Shown: positions 47,762 through 58,740 of the stretch, piece after piece
How the letters are laid out: each line of letters begins with the position of its first letter
Numbering within the stretch: the first letter of the stretch is position 1
Origin: Alphaproteobacteria bacterium
GTDB lineage: Bacteria; Pseudomonadota; Alphaproteobacteria; UBA828
Length of the DNA stretch: 64,000 nt
Direction of reading: 5' to 3'
Assembly (NCBI GenBank): GCA_965221125.1
Contig: CBDCRW010000004.1
Coordinates: 864,001-928,000 of the forward strand
The notes under the pieces: generated by a model
The model's database searches: none
Told to the model about the DNA's origin: nothing
What the model saw: the letters and a program-made list of their open reading frames with translations, nothing else
Program-made: the position numbers and the translations under genes

Positions 47762-47837
47762 GGGCCGTTAGCTCAGTTGGTAGAGCACCTGACTTTTAAT
47801 CAGGTTGTCGAAGGTTCGATTCCTTCACGGCCCACCA
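47762..47837 (+). tRNA. tRNA-Lys(UUU)
   Basis: 76-nt cloverleaf GGGCCGT...ACGGCCC-A-CCA; anticodon arm CCTGA-CTTTTAA-TCAGG; T-loop GTTCGA. Confidence 0.97.
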
Positions 47838-48537
47838 TTAACCCACTGAAACATAAGAAAATTTGGAAAGCAATGCCATCGATCGAGTGCGAGACTTCCA
47901 GCTCTGGAAGCACTTGGAAGACCACCATTCAATCACTCGCGGTCGGCACCCGAAGCATCCCTCCTCTAGAGTGGCCCATAGCGCGACTTGGTCATCCAAG
48001 AACGTGTCCATCAGTCGTAAGCGGGCTCGCATCAGGGACGGTAGCGCCACGCCAAGCCGCCGATCCCCCCGATCACCCGCCCCCCGGGTCGCCTGGGGCT
48101 GGGGCTCTTCACCGAACATCCAGCGGCGCACGCGGTCCGTCTCTTCGCTCACCCCACGGCCGGCGTGGCCAAGGAATTGGCGGGGATGCTGTCGCTGCCG
48201 TCGGAAAGCCCGCGATGTTCCGGCGCCGGCTCGTTCTACGACCGGGCCACGCCAGGCGACGCATCCCCGTGGCCACCACGCGCCCCCTTGCGGATACCCT
48301 CAACGCGCCCGACCAGCCCCAGAAGCCTCTCCTGACCGAATGCCCGGACGACCCCGTCGAAGAAGTCGGCATAGTCGAGTTCCTTCCGCCTTTCTTCCGA
48401 CGTCCTGTGCACCACCCGCCCGGCGACCGAGTATTCCGCCTCGCCCTTCACACTGATCCTTACCTTCTTCTCGTCGACCCGACAGAATTAGGACTTAGAG
48501 ATTTCTGTCTAAATCATTGATAACATTTATACTATCA

Positions 48538-48602
48538 TCAGGCCTGGAACTTGCGTACGCCTGACTAAAAGTCAGATGCTCTACCACCTGAGCTACGGGC
48601 GC
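48538..48602 (-). pseudogene. Degenerate tRNA-Lys(UUU)-like pseudogene
   Basis: GCGCCCGTAGCTCAGGTGGTAGAGCATCTGACTTTTAGTCAG; decayed T-arm GCAAGTTCCAGGCCTG; 3' acceptor strand and CCA absent. Confidence 0.75.
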
Positions 48603-48615
48603 GCCTTGGCGCGGA

Positions 48616-48644
48616 ACGATAGGGAGGGGCCGGCGGGGGGTCAA
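48616..48644 (-). promoter_or_regulatory. Sigma70-type promoter upstream of the tRNA pseudogene
   Basis: TTGACC-17 nt-TATCGT on the minus strand. Confidence 0.6.
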
Positions 48645-48769
48645 GCAATCGTCGCCCGACGGTGTCGTCGCTCGACAGTGTCGTCGCCGGCGCCCAGGCT
48701 CCCGCGCGTCGCCCGCCGTTTCGGCAACCACGCCGGGGTTGTAGAGTGTCACCGCCATGACGGACCTTA

Positions 48770-49035
48770 GCCCGCAATTCTCACCAAGGTCGCGGCCTGC
48801 GTCGTGCCCAGGCGTTCGATCCGCCAGGAGCGGGCCGAAAAGCGTATCGGGGAATACGGTTGAGGCCCGCGACGCCGCGGGCGGGCGCCTGGGCGCGACC
48901 CGGAGGGCGGCGCTCTCCGGCCCGCAGGGTGCGTCAAGGCGCTTACCCGATGTCCCCGCATCGCGCTGCGCGCCTTTCCTGCCCTGCGGGCCGGATAGCG
49001 CCGCGCAGACCATGACCTTGGTGAGAAATGCGAGC
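48770..49035. mobile_element. 266-bp MITE with ~32-bp imperfect TIRs and TA duplication, inserted in the 5' end of hisZ
   Basis: GCCCGCAATTCTCACCAAGGTCGCGGCCTGCG ... CGCAGACCATGACCTTGGTGAGAAATGCGAGC; TA at 48768-48769 and 49036-49037. Confidence 0.8.
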
Positions 49036-50191
49036 TAGGACACCGGCCCTGCTGCCGACGGGCCTGCGCGACCTGCTGCCGCCCGAGGCGGGCGCCGAGG
49101 CCGCGCTCGCCGAAGCCCTGCTCGGGCGCTTCGCGGGGCACGGCTACGAGCGGGTCAAGCCGCCGCTGGTCGAGTTCGAGGAGAGCATGCTGAGCGGCGC
49201 GGGCGCGGGCCTCGCCGACCAGACATTCCGCCTGATGGACCCGGCCTCGCACCGCATGATGGCCGTGCGCAGCGACCTCACGCCGCAGATCGCGCGCATC
49301 GCCGCCTCGCGGCTCGCGCGGAGCCCGCGGCCGCTCCGCCTCAGCTATGCCGGCGAGATCCTGCGGGCGCGTGGCGGCGAGCTGCGGCCCGAGCGCCAGT
49401 TCCGCCAGGTGGGCTTCGAGCTGATCGGCATCGGCGCGGGCGCCGCCTGCGACGCCGAGGTCATCCTGCTCGCGGCCGACGCGCTTGCCGGGCTCGGGAT
49501 CGAGGGCGGCCTCTCGGTCGATCTCAACGCGCCGACCCTGGTGGCCTCGCTCATCGCGGACGCGGGCCTCGACGCCGGGCGTGCCGGCCAGCTGCGCGAG
49601 GCCCTCGACCGCAAGGACAGGGCGGCGGTCGAAGGGATCGGCGGCGAGGCGGCAGACCTGCTCGTGCGCCTGCTGCGGACCACGGGCGTCGCCGAGACGG
49701 CGCTCGACGCGCTGGCGGCTCTCGCGCTGCCGGGTGCTGCAGCCAAGGCGCTCGCTCAGCTGCTGGAGGTGGCGACGCTGCTGCGCGAATCAGCGCCGGG
49801 GCTCGCGCTCACCATCGACCCCGTCGAGTGGCGCGGCTTCGAGTACCACACCGGAACCAGCTTCAGCCTGTTCGCCGGCGGCGTGCGCACCGAGCTTGGC
49901 CGGGGCGGGCGGTACGCGGTGGAGAGCGCCGGCGCGGACCCCGAGGACGCCGCCGGCTGCACGATCTATGTCGACACCGTGCTCCGCGCCGCGCCCGCGC
50001 CGCCTGCGCCCCGCCGGGTCTACCTGCCGCACGGCACGCCGCGAGCGGACGGCGCCGGGCTGCGCGAGGACGGCTGGGTCACGATCGCGGGCCTCGCGCC
50101 CGAGCCGGACTCCGCCGCCGAGGCCGCGCGGCTCGGCTGCAGCCACGTGTGGCAGGGCGGCAGCGCCCGGGCCGTCGCTGGAGAGGACTAG
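49028..50191 (+). CDS. hisZ: ATP phosphoribosyltransferase regulatory subunit
   Basis: [65 protein letters not shown]; ancestral start probably 48757. Confidence 0.92.
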   Translation: MRARTPALLPTGLRDLLPPEAGAEAALAEALLGRFAGHGYERVKPPLVEFEESMLSGAGAGLADQTFRLMDPASHRMMAVRSDLTPQIARIAASRLARSPRPLRLSYAGEILRARGGELRPERQFRQVGFELIGIGAGAACDAEVILLAADALAGLGIEGGLSVDLNAPTLVASLIADAGLDAGRAGQLREALDRKDRAAVEGIGGEAADLLVRLLRTTGVAETALDALAALALPGAAAKALAQLLEVATLLRESAPGLALTIDPVEWRGFEYHTGTSFSLFAGGVRTELGRGGRYAVESAGADPEDAAGCTIYVDTVLRAAPAPPAPRRVYLPHGTPRADGAGLREDGWVTIAGLAPEPDSAAEAARLGCSHVWQGGSARAVAGED

Positions 50192-50193
50192 CC

Positions 50194-51486
<1,293 letters not shown>

Positions 51487-51520
51487 GTGGTGTTTCCAAC
51501 ATTCGCCGGGCGTCCGATCG

Positions 51521-51573
51521 TCGATCGCCCGGACGCGACGCAGGCCGTGGCCTTGGTGAGAAATACGGGCTAG
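51521..51573. repeat. Isolated end of the hisZ-type MITE
   Basis: CGCAGGCCGTGGCCTTGGTGAGAAATACGGGCTAG is 30/35 identical to 49004-49038 and extends ~50 nt of similarity to the reverse complement of the MITE left end. Confidence 0.7.
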
Positions 51574-51612
51574 ACTTGTTGAAATTTTGCGAGGGCGAGG
51601 ACAACTGGTTCA

Positions 51613-53649
51613 TTGGTGACTCACGAAATAGCATTTGAAACGAGCCAGGGGGCGTCCGCGCTCAGTCTGCCGGAAGAGCTGCTGCTGGCGCTTCTGGACG
51701 AAGAGAGAGGTTATTTTCGTCAGGTACCCGGCTGGAACCTGCACTGCGCAATGGTCGGTGCAGCGCTGGGCGAGTTGTCGCTGCTCGGTCGTATCGACAC
51801 CGATCTGGAGTCGCTGACCCTGGTGGATGCGACCGACACGGGTCGTCCACTGCTCGACCCGATCTTGCGGGAGATCGCGACCGAAACGGAACTGCACGAT
51901 GCCCGCTACTGGATTGAACGGCTCGCTCCACAGTCCGAGTCGGTGATCTCCCAAGCGCTGGACGAGCTCGTTCGGCGACAGATTCTCGACGCCCACCCGG
52001 GCGGTTTCTATACCTTCACCAGGCGACAGCGGGCGGGCGAAACACCGCCAGGAGAAGACTACCCAGCGGGCGAGTTCGTAATTGCCCGGCTGACCAGAAT
52101 CATCTTCGCTGACGAGTTTCCGGATCCGCGCGACGTGATCATTGTCGGCCTCGTCAATGCCTGCCACGTGTTCCATCTGATGTATCCGATCGACGAGGAG
52201 GTGGAGGAACGGATTCAGCTCGTCTGCCGGATGGACCTGATTGGCCGGGCGATTGCGGAAGCGGTGAGCCAGAGCATCATCGCACCCTCGCTTCGCCGGC
52301 CCTCGCTGACCAAGAAGATTCCAACCGTGTCCCTGCGCGATCTGGTGTTCAACCGGGAGCTGCGGGAGGGCAGACTGCCGGCAGGGTTCGCCTACCTGGC
52401 CGACAAGTACGGTCCCGTGTTCGAGCTTCGGCTCCCGTTCCGCCAGAACGTGATTTTCCTGGCAGGGTTGAAGACGAACGAATGGGCCCATCGCATGGGG
52501 CGGGTGTACTTGCGGTCGAAGGAGTACTTCGAGGGCGTCGACAAGGCGTATGGCGTGTCGCGCTCAATGCACTCGATTGACGGTGCCGATCACTTTCGCT
52601 TTCGCAAGTCGTTGCATACTGCCTACTCTCAGAAGACTTTGACCAAGCGTCTGGACGAGGTCTATGACCTGTCCCGCGCGCACATGGCGGGTTGGGACGT
52701 CGGCACGACGATGCCGGTGCAGGTGATGCTGCGACCGTTTGTGAACGCGCAGTCATCGCCGCTCCTGGCCAGCATCGACACCCAAGCCGAGATCGTCGCC
52801 GCGCTCGAATACAAGGTACGGGTGCTCAATGTCGGCATCGTCAAGATATTGCCGCGTTTCATGCTCAAGACCCCGGGGATGCGCCGCCGGGCGAAGGCCA
52901 CGCAACGGATCATAGACCGTATGCAAAGGACGCATACGGCCGCGCAGCGGGCTGGGAAGCATGAGGACGTGGTGGACGCGTATCTGGCCCTGCACGCGTC
53001 CGATCCCCAATTCCTGCCCGAATCGGACCTGTCGCTGCCGCTAGGGGCGATCTTGATGACAGCCATGTACATGGGCGATCAGCTTGGCTTCGCCCTCTAC
53101 TGGTTGGCGCAGAATCCCGAGCTGTACGAGCGAGTCACGGCTGAAGCGGACGCGCTGTGGGCGGAGGGCGATCCCAGCGAGGATGATTTCAGTCGAGACC
53201 GGATCGATGTGACCCACCGCGTGCTGATGGAGTCTCTGCGGATGTCGCCGATCGTGCCCATGTCGATGCGCACGGTGATGAACACCTGCGTGGTGGAGGG
53301 TTACGAATTACCGGTGGGCGCGCAGCTCGTGATTGCACAGACGGCCACGCACTATTCGGAAGAGGTGTTTCCCGATCCGTGGACGTTCGACATCGACCGC
53401 TACGTGCCCCCGCGAAACGAGCACAAGAGCAGAGGGTACGCGCCCTTCGGGCTGGGCACGCACTCGTGTCTCGGGAGCAACTGGGCCGAATTGCACATAG
53501 TGATCAACCTGCTGATGCTCATGCATTACTTCAGGATCGAGCTGGCCCGCCCCTACAAGCGGTTGCCGATGGATCCGTTGCCCTCACAATCGCCCGGCAA
53601 CAAGCTCAAGTTCAGGCTCGCCGAGCAGCGCCACGAAATTCGAGTCTGA
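51613..53649 (+). CDS. GOLPH3/VPS74 (GPP34)-domain - cytochrome P450 fusion
   Basis: N-terminal LSLPEELLLALLD...GAALGELSL.GRI...T.TG.PLLD..L; C-terminal ESLR (ExxR), FPDPWTFDIDR, PFGLGTHSCLG; start 51613 or 51616. Confidence 0.85.
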   Translation: MVTHEIAFETSQGASALSLPEELLLALLDEERGYFRQVPGWNLHCAMVGAALGELSLLGRIDTDLESLTLVDATDTGRPLLDPILREIATETELHDARYWIERLAPQSESVISQALDELVRRQILDAHPGGFYTFTRRQRAGETPPGEDYPAGEFVIARLTRIIFADEFPDPRDVIIVGLVNACHVFHLMYPIDEEVEERIQLVCRMDLIGRAIAEAVSQSIIAPSLRRPSLTKKIPTVSLRDLVFNRELREGRLPAGFAYLADKYGPVFELRLPFRQNVIFLAGLKTNEWAHRMGRVYLRSKEYFEGVDKAYGVSRSMHSIDGADHFRFRKSLHTAYSQKTLTKRLDEVYDLSRAHMAGWDVGTTMPVQVMLRPFVNAQSSPLLASIDTQAEIVAALEYKVRVLNVGIVKILPRFMLKTPGMRRRAKATQRIIDRMQRTHTAAQRAGKHEDVVDAYLALHASDPQFLPESDLSLPLGAILMTAMYMGDQLGFALYWLAQNPELYERVTAEADALWAEGDPSEDDFSRDRIDVTHRVLMESLRMSPIVPMSMRTVMNTCVVEGYELPVGAQLVIAQTATHYSEEVFPDPWTFDIDRYVPPRNEHKSRGYAPFGLGTHSCLGSNWAELHIVINLLMLMHYFRIELARPYKRLPMDPLPSQSPGNKLKFRLAEQRHEIRV

Positions 53650-53713
53650 GTTCGCTACGCCCGCTCCTCCGGCGCCCGGTCCTGTCCACGACTCGGGAAT
53701 TGGGCCTTCCGCG

Positions 53714-54742
53714 ATGACATCATCTGGCGACGGACGATCTCACGCCTTACGGGTGATCACGGGAGCAAGCGGGCAGATCGGCGGGGTCCTCGCGCGGGCC
53801 CTGGCCGACCGGTACGGGCCCGGTCAGATCCGCGCGATCTACCGGGAGCGTCGAGGCACGGCGGCGGACCTGGATATCGCATGGGTCAATGGCGACATCC
53901 TGGACAAGGAATCGCTGATCGCCGCCTTCAAGGGCGCAGAGGTCGTGTTTCATCTGGCCGCGCGGGTCTCGATCGATACCGTCCGGGCACAGGAGTTCCA
54001 TCGCACGAACGTCGTGGGCACACGCAACGTCGTGGAGGCGGCCCTGGAATGTGGCGTGCGGCGCCTGGTTCACGTTTCCTCGATCCACGCCTACGACCAG
54101 CAGCCGTTGGACCAAGTTCTCGATGAGAGCCGCGGTCCTGCAGACGGCCCGCACCAGGGTCCGTACGACCGTTCGAAAGCCGCCGGCGAAGTGGAAGTCC
54201 GCCGCGGCATCGACCGGGGCCTCGATGCCGTGATCCTGAATCCGACCAGTGTGATCGGCCCCTACGACGGCGAGCCGTCCCCCATGGGGCAGGTCTTTCT
54301 CGACCTCTACCGCAGGCGGATTCCCGCGCTGATCGCGGGCGGCTACGACTGGGTCGACGTGCGCGATGTCGTGGCGGCCACGATGGCCGCCGAGACACAG
54401 GCGAGATGTGGCGAGAACTACCTCGTCTCCGGCCGCTGGCACACCGTGCGCGAATTAGCCGCGCTCTCTCAGCAGGCAACCGGCGTTGCCGCACCCCGTC
54501 TCCAGTTCCCGTTGTGGGCCGCCCGGTTATGGGCGCCCTGCCAGGTTTTCCTGGATCGATCGCGCGGCCGCCGGCCGCTCTACACGCCGGCGGCCGTCCG
54601 CGTCATGGCCTGCGGCAATCGACGGATATCCAGCGCCAAGGCGCGGGCGGAGCTCGGGTTCCATGCGCGCCCTCTCGCAGAATCGGTGGAGGACACGTAT
54701 CGCTGGTTCGACGAACACGGCATGCTGGGTGAAGGGGCGTGA
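53714..54742 (+). CDS. NAD-dependent epimerase/dehydratase (DFR/HpnA/3beta-HSD-like)
   Basis: TGASGQIG, VFHLAA, HVSS, YDRSK, LNPT.VIGP.D, VDVRDV. Confidence 0.9.
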   Translation: MTSSGDGRSHALRVITGASGQIGGVLARALADRYGPGQIRAIYRERRGTAADLDIAWVNGDILDKESLIAAFKGAEVVFHLAARVSIDTVRAQEFHRTNVVGTRNVVEAALECGVRRLVHVSSIHAYDQQPLDQVLDESRGPADGPHQGPYDRSKAAGEVEVRRGIDRGLDAVILNPTSVIGPYDGEPSPMGQVFLDLYRRRIPALIAGGYDWVDVRDVVAATMAAETQARCGENYLVSGRWHTVRELAALSQQATGVAAPRLQFPLWAARLWAPCQVFLDRSRGRRPLYTPAAVRVMACGNRRISSAKARAELGFHARPLAESVEDTYRWFDEHGMLGEGA

Positions 54743-54815
54743 AATAACCGAGAAATGCGGGCGGGTCTCTATTGGACAGCCGGACGGCACGTTGAAGGTG
54801 TATTCCGGTTGAAGT

Positions 54816-56267
54816 TCAGGCGGCCAGCGCCGCGCCGTCGGGGCCGCGGGGGTCGATGGGGGTCCGGGCGGCCAGCGGAATCGCCTCCTCGATGGCGGCT
54901 GCCGCGCGCAGCACTGCCGCCTCGCCGCGCGGGGGACCGAGGATCTGGAGGCCGACCGGCAGGCCTGACTCGGTGAAGCCCACCGGGACCGACGCGGAGG
55001 GACACGCGGTGAGCGTCAGCACGAAGGTGAGGCCCAGCCAGTCGACGTAGTTGTCGAAGCGGTGGCCGTCGATCTCGTCCACCCAGCGCGTGTCCACGTC
55101 GAAGGGCGGCACGATTACGCAGGGGCAGACCAGCACGTCGTGGCGCCGGAAGAAGCGCACGCAGTGCTGGTAGATGGCCCCGCGCGCACGCTCGGCGCGG
55201 GCGATGGTGTCGGCGTCGAGCGCGAGGCCCTTCTCGATGTTCCAGACGATCTCGGGCTTGAGCGCGTCGCGGTGGGTCTCCAGCAGCGGGCCCTTGTCGG
55301 CGGCGAAGAGGGCTGCGCGCAGAACCTGGAAGACGTTGAGCGCGCCGGAGAGGTCGGGGCAGGCCTCTGCCACCTCCATGCCCGCACCTGCGAGCGAGTC
55401 GGCGGCCTGCCTGCAGACGGCGGCGACCTCGCGGTCCACCGGCAGCAGGCCCAGGTCCGGGCTGTAGGCGACGCGGCCCGGCGGCGGCAGCGTCGCGACC
55501 GCGTCGGCAAAGCTCCGGGCCGGCGCTTCGACGGAGAGCGGGTCCTCGGGGTGCGCGCCCGCCATGGCATCCAGCATGAGGGCGCAGTCCCGCGCGTTGC
55601 GCGCCATGGGGCCGTCCACCATCAGCCCCTCGAAGGGCAGGTGCTTGGGGCCGTGGGCGACGCGGCCGGGGCTCGGGCGGAAGCCGAAGACGCTGCAGAA
55701 GCTCGCGGGGATGCGCAGGCTGCCCCCCAGATCCGAGCCGGTGGCGAGCCAGACCTGGCCGGTGGCCAATGCCGTGGACGAGCCGCCGGAGGAGCCGCCG
55801 CAGGTCTTGTCCGTGTTCCACGGGTTCCGCGTCTTGCCGAAGACCTCGTTGAAGGTGTTTGCGCCGGCGCCGAACTCGGGCGTGTTGGACTTGCCGATGA
55901 CGATGGCGCCGCGCGCCTCCAGGGTCTCGACCATGATGTCCGAGCGCGGCGGCACGTGATCGGCGTAGATCGGCGAGCCCCAGGTGGTGCGCACGTCCGC
56001 CACCTCCACCAGGTCCTTGACGCAGATGGGCACGCCGCCGAGCCAGCCGGGCGGGCGCTCGGCGTCCGCATCGTCGGCCATGATGCGCGCGGCATGGGCG
56101 CGGGCACGCTCGAGGCAGAGGGTCGGGATCGCGTTGAGGTGCCCATCGGTGGCCGCGATGCGCGCAGCGCTCGCGTCGACCAGCTCCAGCGGCGAGACCT
56201 CGCGCCGCCGCAGCAGATCGACCACCTCGGTCGCGCTCAGCCGCCAGAGATCGCCTCGTGCAGCCAT
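54816..56267 (-). CDS. Amidase (amidase-signature family)
   Basis: GVPICVKD, GKSNTPEFGAG, GGSSGGS, GSDLGGSLRIPAS. Confidence 0.92.
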   Translation of the reverse strand: MAARGDLWRLSATEVVDLLRRREVSPLELVDASAARIAATDGHLNAIPTLCLERARAHAARIMADDADAERPPGWLGGVPICVKDLVEVADVRTTWGSPIYADHVPPRSDIMVETLEARGAIVIGKSNTPEFGAGANTFNEVFGKTRNPWNTDKTCGGSSGGSSTALATGQVWLATGSDLGGSLRIPASFCSVFGFRPSPGRVAHGPKHLPFEGLMVDGPMARNARDCALMLDAMAGAHPEDPLSVEAPARSFADAVATLPPPGRVAYSPDLGLLPVDREVAAVCRQAADSLAGAGMEVAEACPDLSGALNVFQVLRAALFAADKGPLLETHRDALKPEIVWNIEKGLALDADTIARAERARGAIYQHCVRFFRRHDVLVCPCVIVPPFDVDTRWVDEIDGHRFDNYVDWLGLTFVLTLTACPSASVPVGFTESGLPVGLQILGPPRGEAAVLRAAAAIEEAIPLAARTPIDPRGPDGAALAA

Positions 56268-56281
56268 CCTGCCGCCCTCCC

Positions 56282-57679
56282 TCAGCCCACGGGCGGCGTG
56301 CGGGAGTGCCAGTCGGTATCCTGCTGGTAGGCGTGGCCCGCCTGCAGCAGCCGCTCCTCGCTGAGCTGCGGGCCCACGATCTGGAAGCCCATGGGCAGGC
56401 CGTCCTCGTCGAAGCCGCCGGGCAGGCACATCGCGGGCGTCCGCGCCATGTCGTGGGGCGCGGTGAACGAGATCAGGCGCTCGACCGAGCCCGGCTCGGC
56501 GCCCAGCGTCTCCATGAAGGCGTTGGTGGGCGTGGGGTAGGGCTGCGAGGGGATGATGATGGCGTCGACATCGGCGAAGACGGCGTTGAGCGCGCCGACG
56601 AACTTGTCCCGCGCGATCACGATGCGGGCGTGGTCGACGCCGCTGAGCGCGAGCCCCGCCTCGATCAGGCTCGACAGCACCGGCCCGTACTTGGCCTTGT
56701 GCCGGGCGTAGTAGGGCTCGTGCGCGATGGCCGTGTCGGCGCCGCAGAAATCGTTCCAGCGGTCCACCATGACCGTGGCGTCGGGGAAGGCGATCGGCCG
56801 GATGTCGGCGCCGCGCCCGCGCAGCACGTCGGCCGCCTGCATCACCATGGCGGTCACGCGCGCATCCACGCCGTCGGAGCAGTAGGCCTCGTCGAGGCCG
56901 ATGCGCATGCCCCCGATGCCGGCGTCGATGCTGCCGAGGTAGTCGGGCACCGGCGCCTGCACGGTGGTCGGATCGTCGGGATCGACGCCGGCGATGACGC
57001 CGAGGATCGCGGCGCAGTCGGCGGCGGAGCGGGCCATCGGCCCGATGTGGTCGAGGGTCTCGGAGAGCGCGAAGGCGCCCGCGCGGCTGACGCGGCCCCA
57101 GGTGGGCTTTAGGCCGGTGACGCCGCAGGCCTGGGAGGGGAAGCGGATCGAGCCGCCGGTATCGGTGCCGAGCGAGCCGTAGCAGAGCCGGGCCGACGTG
57201 GCGACGCCGGAGCCGCTCGACGAGACCCCGGTCCAGTAGTCGGGATGCCACGGGTTGACCGGCGGCGCGATGGAGGGGTGGTGGACCGCGAAGGCGCCCT
57301 CGGTCATCTGCAGCTTGCCGGCGAAGACCGCGCCCGCCTCCCTGAGCCGCGCAGTGACGGTGCCGTCGACGCCCGGGCTCCAGTTGCGGAGCGCGACCGA
57401 GCCGACGTGCGTGGGCGCGTCCTTCGTCAGGCAGAGGTCCTTGAGACCGAAGGGGACGCCGTGGAGCGGCCCCTTGCGGTTGCTGGCGGCGATCTCCTCG
57501 TCCGCCTGCGCGGCCTGCTGCGTCGCGACATCCGCCATGACGGTGGCGTAGCTGCGAAGCGAGCCTTCGAGCTGTTCGATCCGCGCGATCGTGTGCGCCG
57601 TCACCTCAGCGGCGGAGACCTCCCGCGCCTCGATCTTCGCCGCGACCTCGGTCAGCATCAGCTCGTGCAGGTCAGACAT
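56282..57679 (-). CDS. Amidase (amidase-signature family)
   Basis: GPLHGVPFGLKD, GVSSSGS, GTDTGGSIRFPS, GLKPTWGRVSR. Confidence 0.92.
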   Translation of the reverse strand: MSDLHELMLTEVAAKIEAREVSAAEVTAHTIARIEQLEGSLRSYATVMADVATQQAAQADEEIAASNRKGPLHGVPFGLKDLCLTKDAPTHVGSVALRNWSPGVDGTVTARLREAGAVFAGKLQMTEGAFAVHHPSIAPPVNPWHPDYWTGVSSSGSGVATSARLCYGSLGTDTGGSIRFPSQACGVTGLKPTWGRVSRAGAFALSETLDHIGPMARSAADCAAILGVIAGVDPDDPTTVQAPVPDYLGSIDAGIGGMRIGLDEAYCSDGVDARVTAMVMQAADVLRGRGADIRPIAFPDATVMVDRWNDFCGADTAIAHEPYYARHKAKYGPVLSSLIEAGLALSGVDHARIVIARDKFVGALNAVFADVDAIIIPSQPYPTPTNAFMETLGAEPGSVERLISFTAPHDMARTPAMCLPGGFDEDGLPMGFQIVGPQLSEERLLQAGHAYQQDTDWHSRTPPVG

Positions 57680-57831
57680 CCGAATCTCCCTCCTCCATGG
57701 TGGGCGCCGATTGAACGCCAAAGCCGCCATGCGTGCAAAGCGAATCTCCCCTGCGCCGTGGGCGATTGCCCGGCCGGGCGGGCCGTGATATCGACTGCGG
57801 CCCAAGGGCCGCGCGAGGGCGAGGGGAGACC

Positions 57832-58224
57832 ATGGCGGAGCGTTTCGCAATGACCATCGACGGCCGCACGGTCGTCGCCGAGCTGCTTGGGGGCAAGGCG
57901 CCCAACGTCGTCAAGGCGTTCACGCAGAGCCTGCCCTGCGACAGCTTCTCGGTGCACGCGAAGTTCGCGGGCGAGGAGCTGATCGTGATGCTCCCGTTCT
58001 ACTGCAATTCCGAGAACGAGATCCTCAACGTGAAGCCCGGCGATATCGGCTTCTATCCGGGGCGCCAGACTGCCTGCATCTTCTACGGCGACACGAAGCC
58101 GTTCGGGAAGGTCAGCGTGTTCGCCAGGATCGTCGAAGGGCTGGAGCACCTGAAGCCCGCGGGCAGGAAGATCCTCGCCAAGGGGCCGCTGCCGGTTCGG
58201 CTCGAACGCGTGCACGAAGGGTAG
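57832..58224 (+). CDS. DUF3830-like cyclophilin-fold protein
   Basis: AELL..KAP.....F...LP....VHAKFAGEE...EN.....PGDIGFY....CIFYG. Confidence 0.7.
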   Translation: MAERFAMTIDGRTVVAELLGGKAPNVVKAFTQSLPCDSFSVHAKFAGEELIVMLPFYCNSENEILNVKPGDIGFYPGRQTACIFYGDTKPFGKVSVFARIVEGLEHLKPAGRKILAKGPLPVRLERVHEG

Positions 58225-58228
58225 GGCC

Positions 58229-58708
58229 ATGGCCGCGACGGAAACCACCGCGATCATCGACCGGCTGGAGCGCTTCGGCCGCCGCAACTGGAACTCCGAG
58301 CCCGGCGACGTCACCCGGCTGCGCGCCCACAGCCTGCCCCCCATGGGCAACCTGCCGCCCGTGCTCTACGCCAACTTCAACACCTTCTGGATGGGCGAGA
58401 ACATCCAGGTCGTCCGCCAGCTCGCGCTCGACGAGGCGCTGCCGCCGGCGGCGCTCAACCAGATGGCGGCGGCGCTGCTCGACCGCCATGCCGGGCGGCT
58501 CGCCAAGTGGAAGCTCACCAACACGGTCAAGCTCGTGCGCGAGCTCTCCGCCTACTTCGAGGCCGGCGGCGCCAGGAACCACGGCGAGGTGGTGCAGGTC
58601 TGCGAGGCGGCGATGGTGGCCTTCGACCGGATCAATTCGTGGATCGACGCGATGATCCCGTGGGCGCACTTCGACAGGAAGGTGAAGCTGCTGGACGCGG
58701 CCGGCTGA
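58229..58708 (+). CDS. Helical protein resembling the cucumopine synthase/McbB C-terminal domain
   Basis: WNSEPGDV.RLR near the N-terminus and RINSWIDAMIPW near the C-terminus; lies directly after the cyclophilin-fold gene. Confidence 0.55.
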   Translation: MAATETTAIIDRLERFGRRNWNSEPGDVTRLRAHSLPPMGNLPPVLYANFNTFWMGENIQVVRQLALDEALPPAALNQMAAALLDRHAGRLAKWKLTNTVKLVRELSAYFEAGGARNHGEVVQVCEAAMVAFDRINSWIDAMIPWAHFDRKVKLLDAAG

Positions 58709-58740
58709 CGGCGGCGGGGCGGCGCGGGGGAGCGAAGGCC

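Noticed and set aside
47838-48500. ORF fragments between the two tRNA-like sequences
   Set aside because: Short and interrupted; no family assignable by eye, probably island debris.
54816-57251. 811-aa ORF suggesting a fused double amidase
   Set aside because: The N-terminal part is an off-frame read of the upstream amidase; the real start is 56267 with its own GGAGG.
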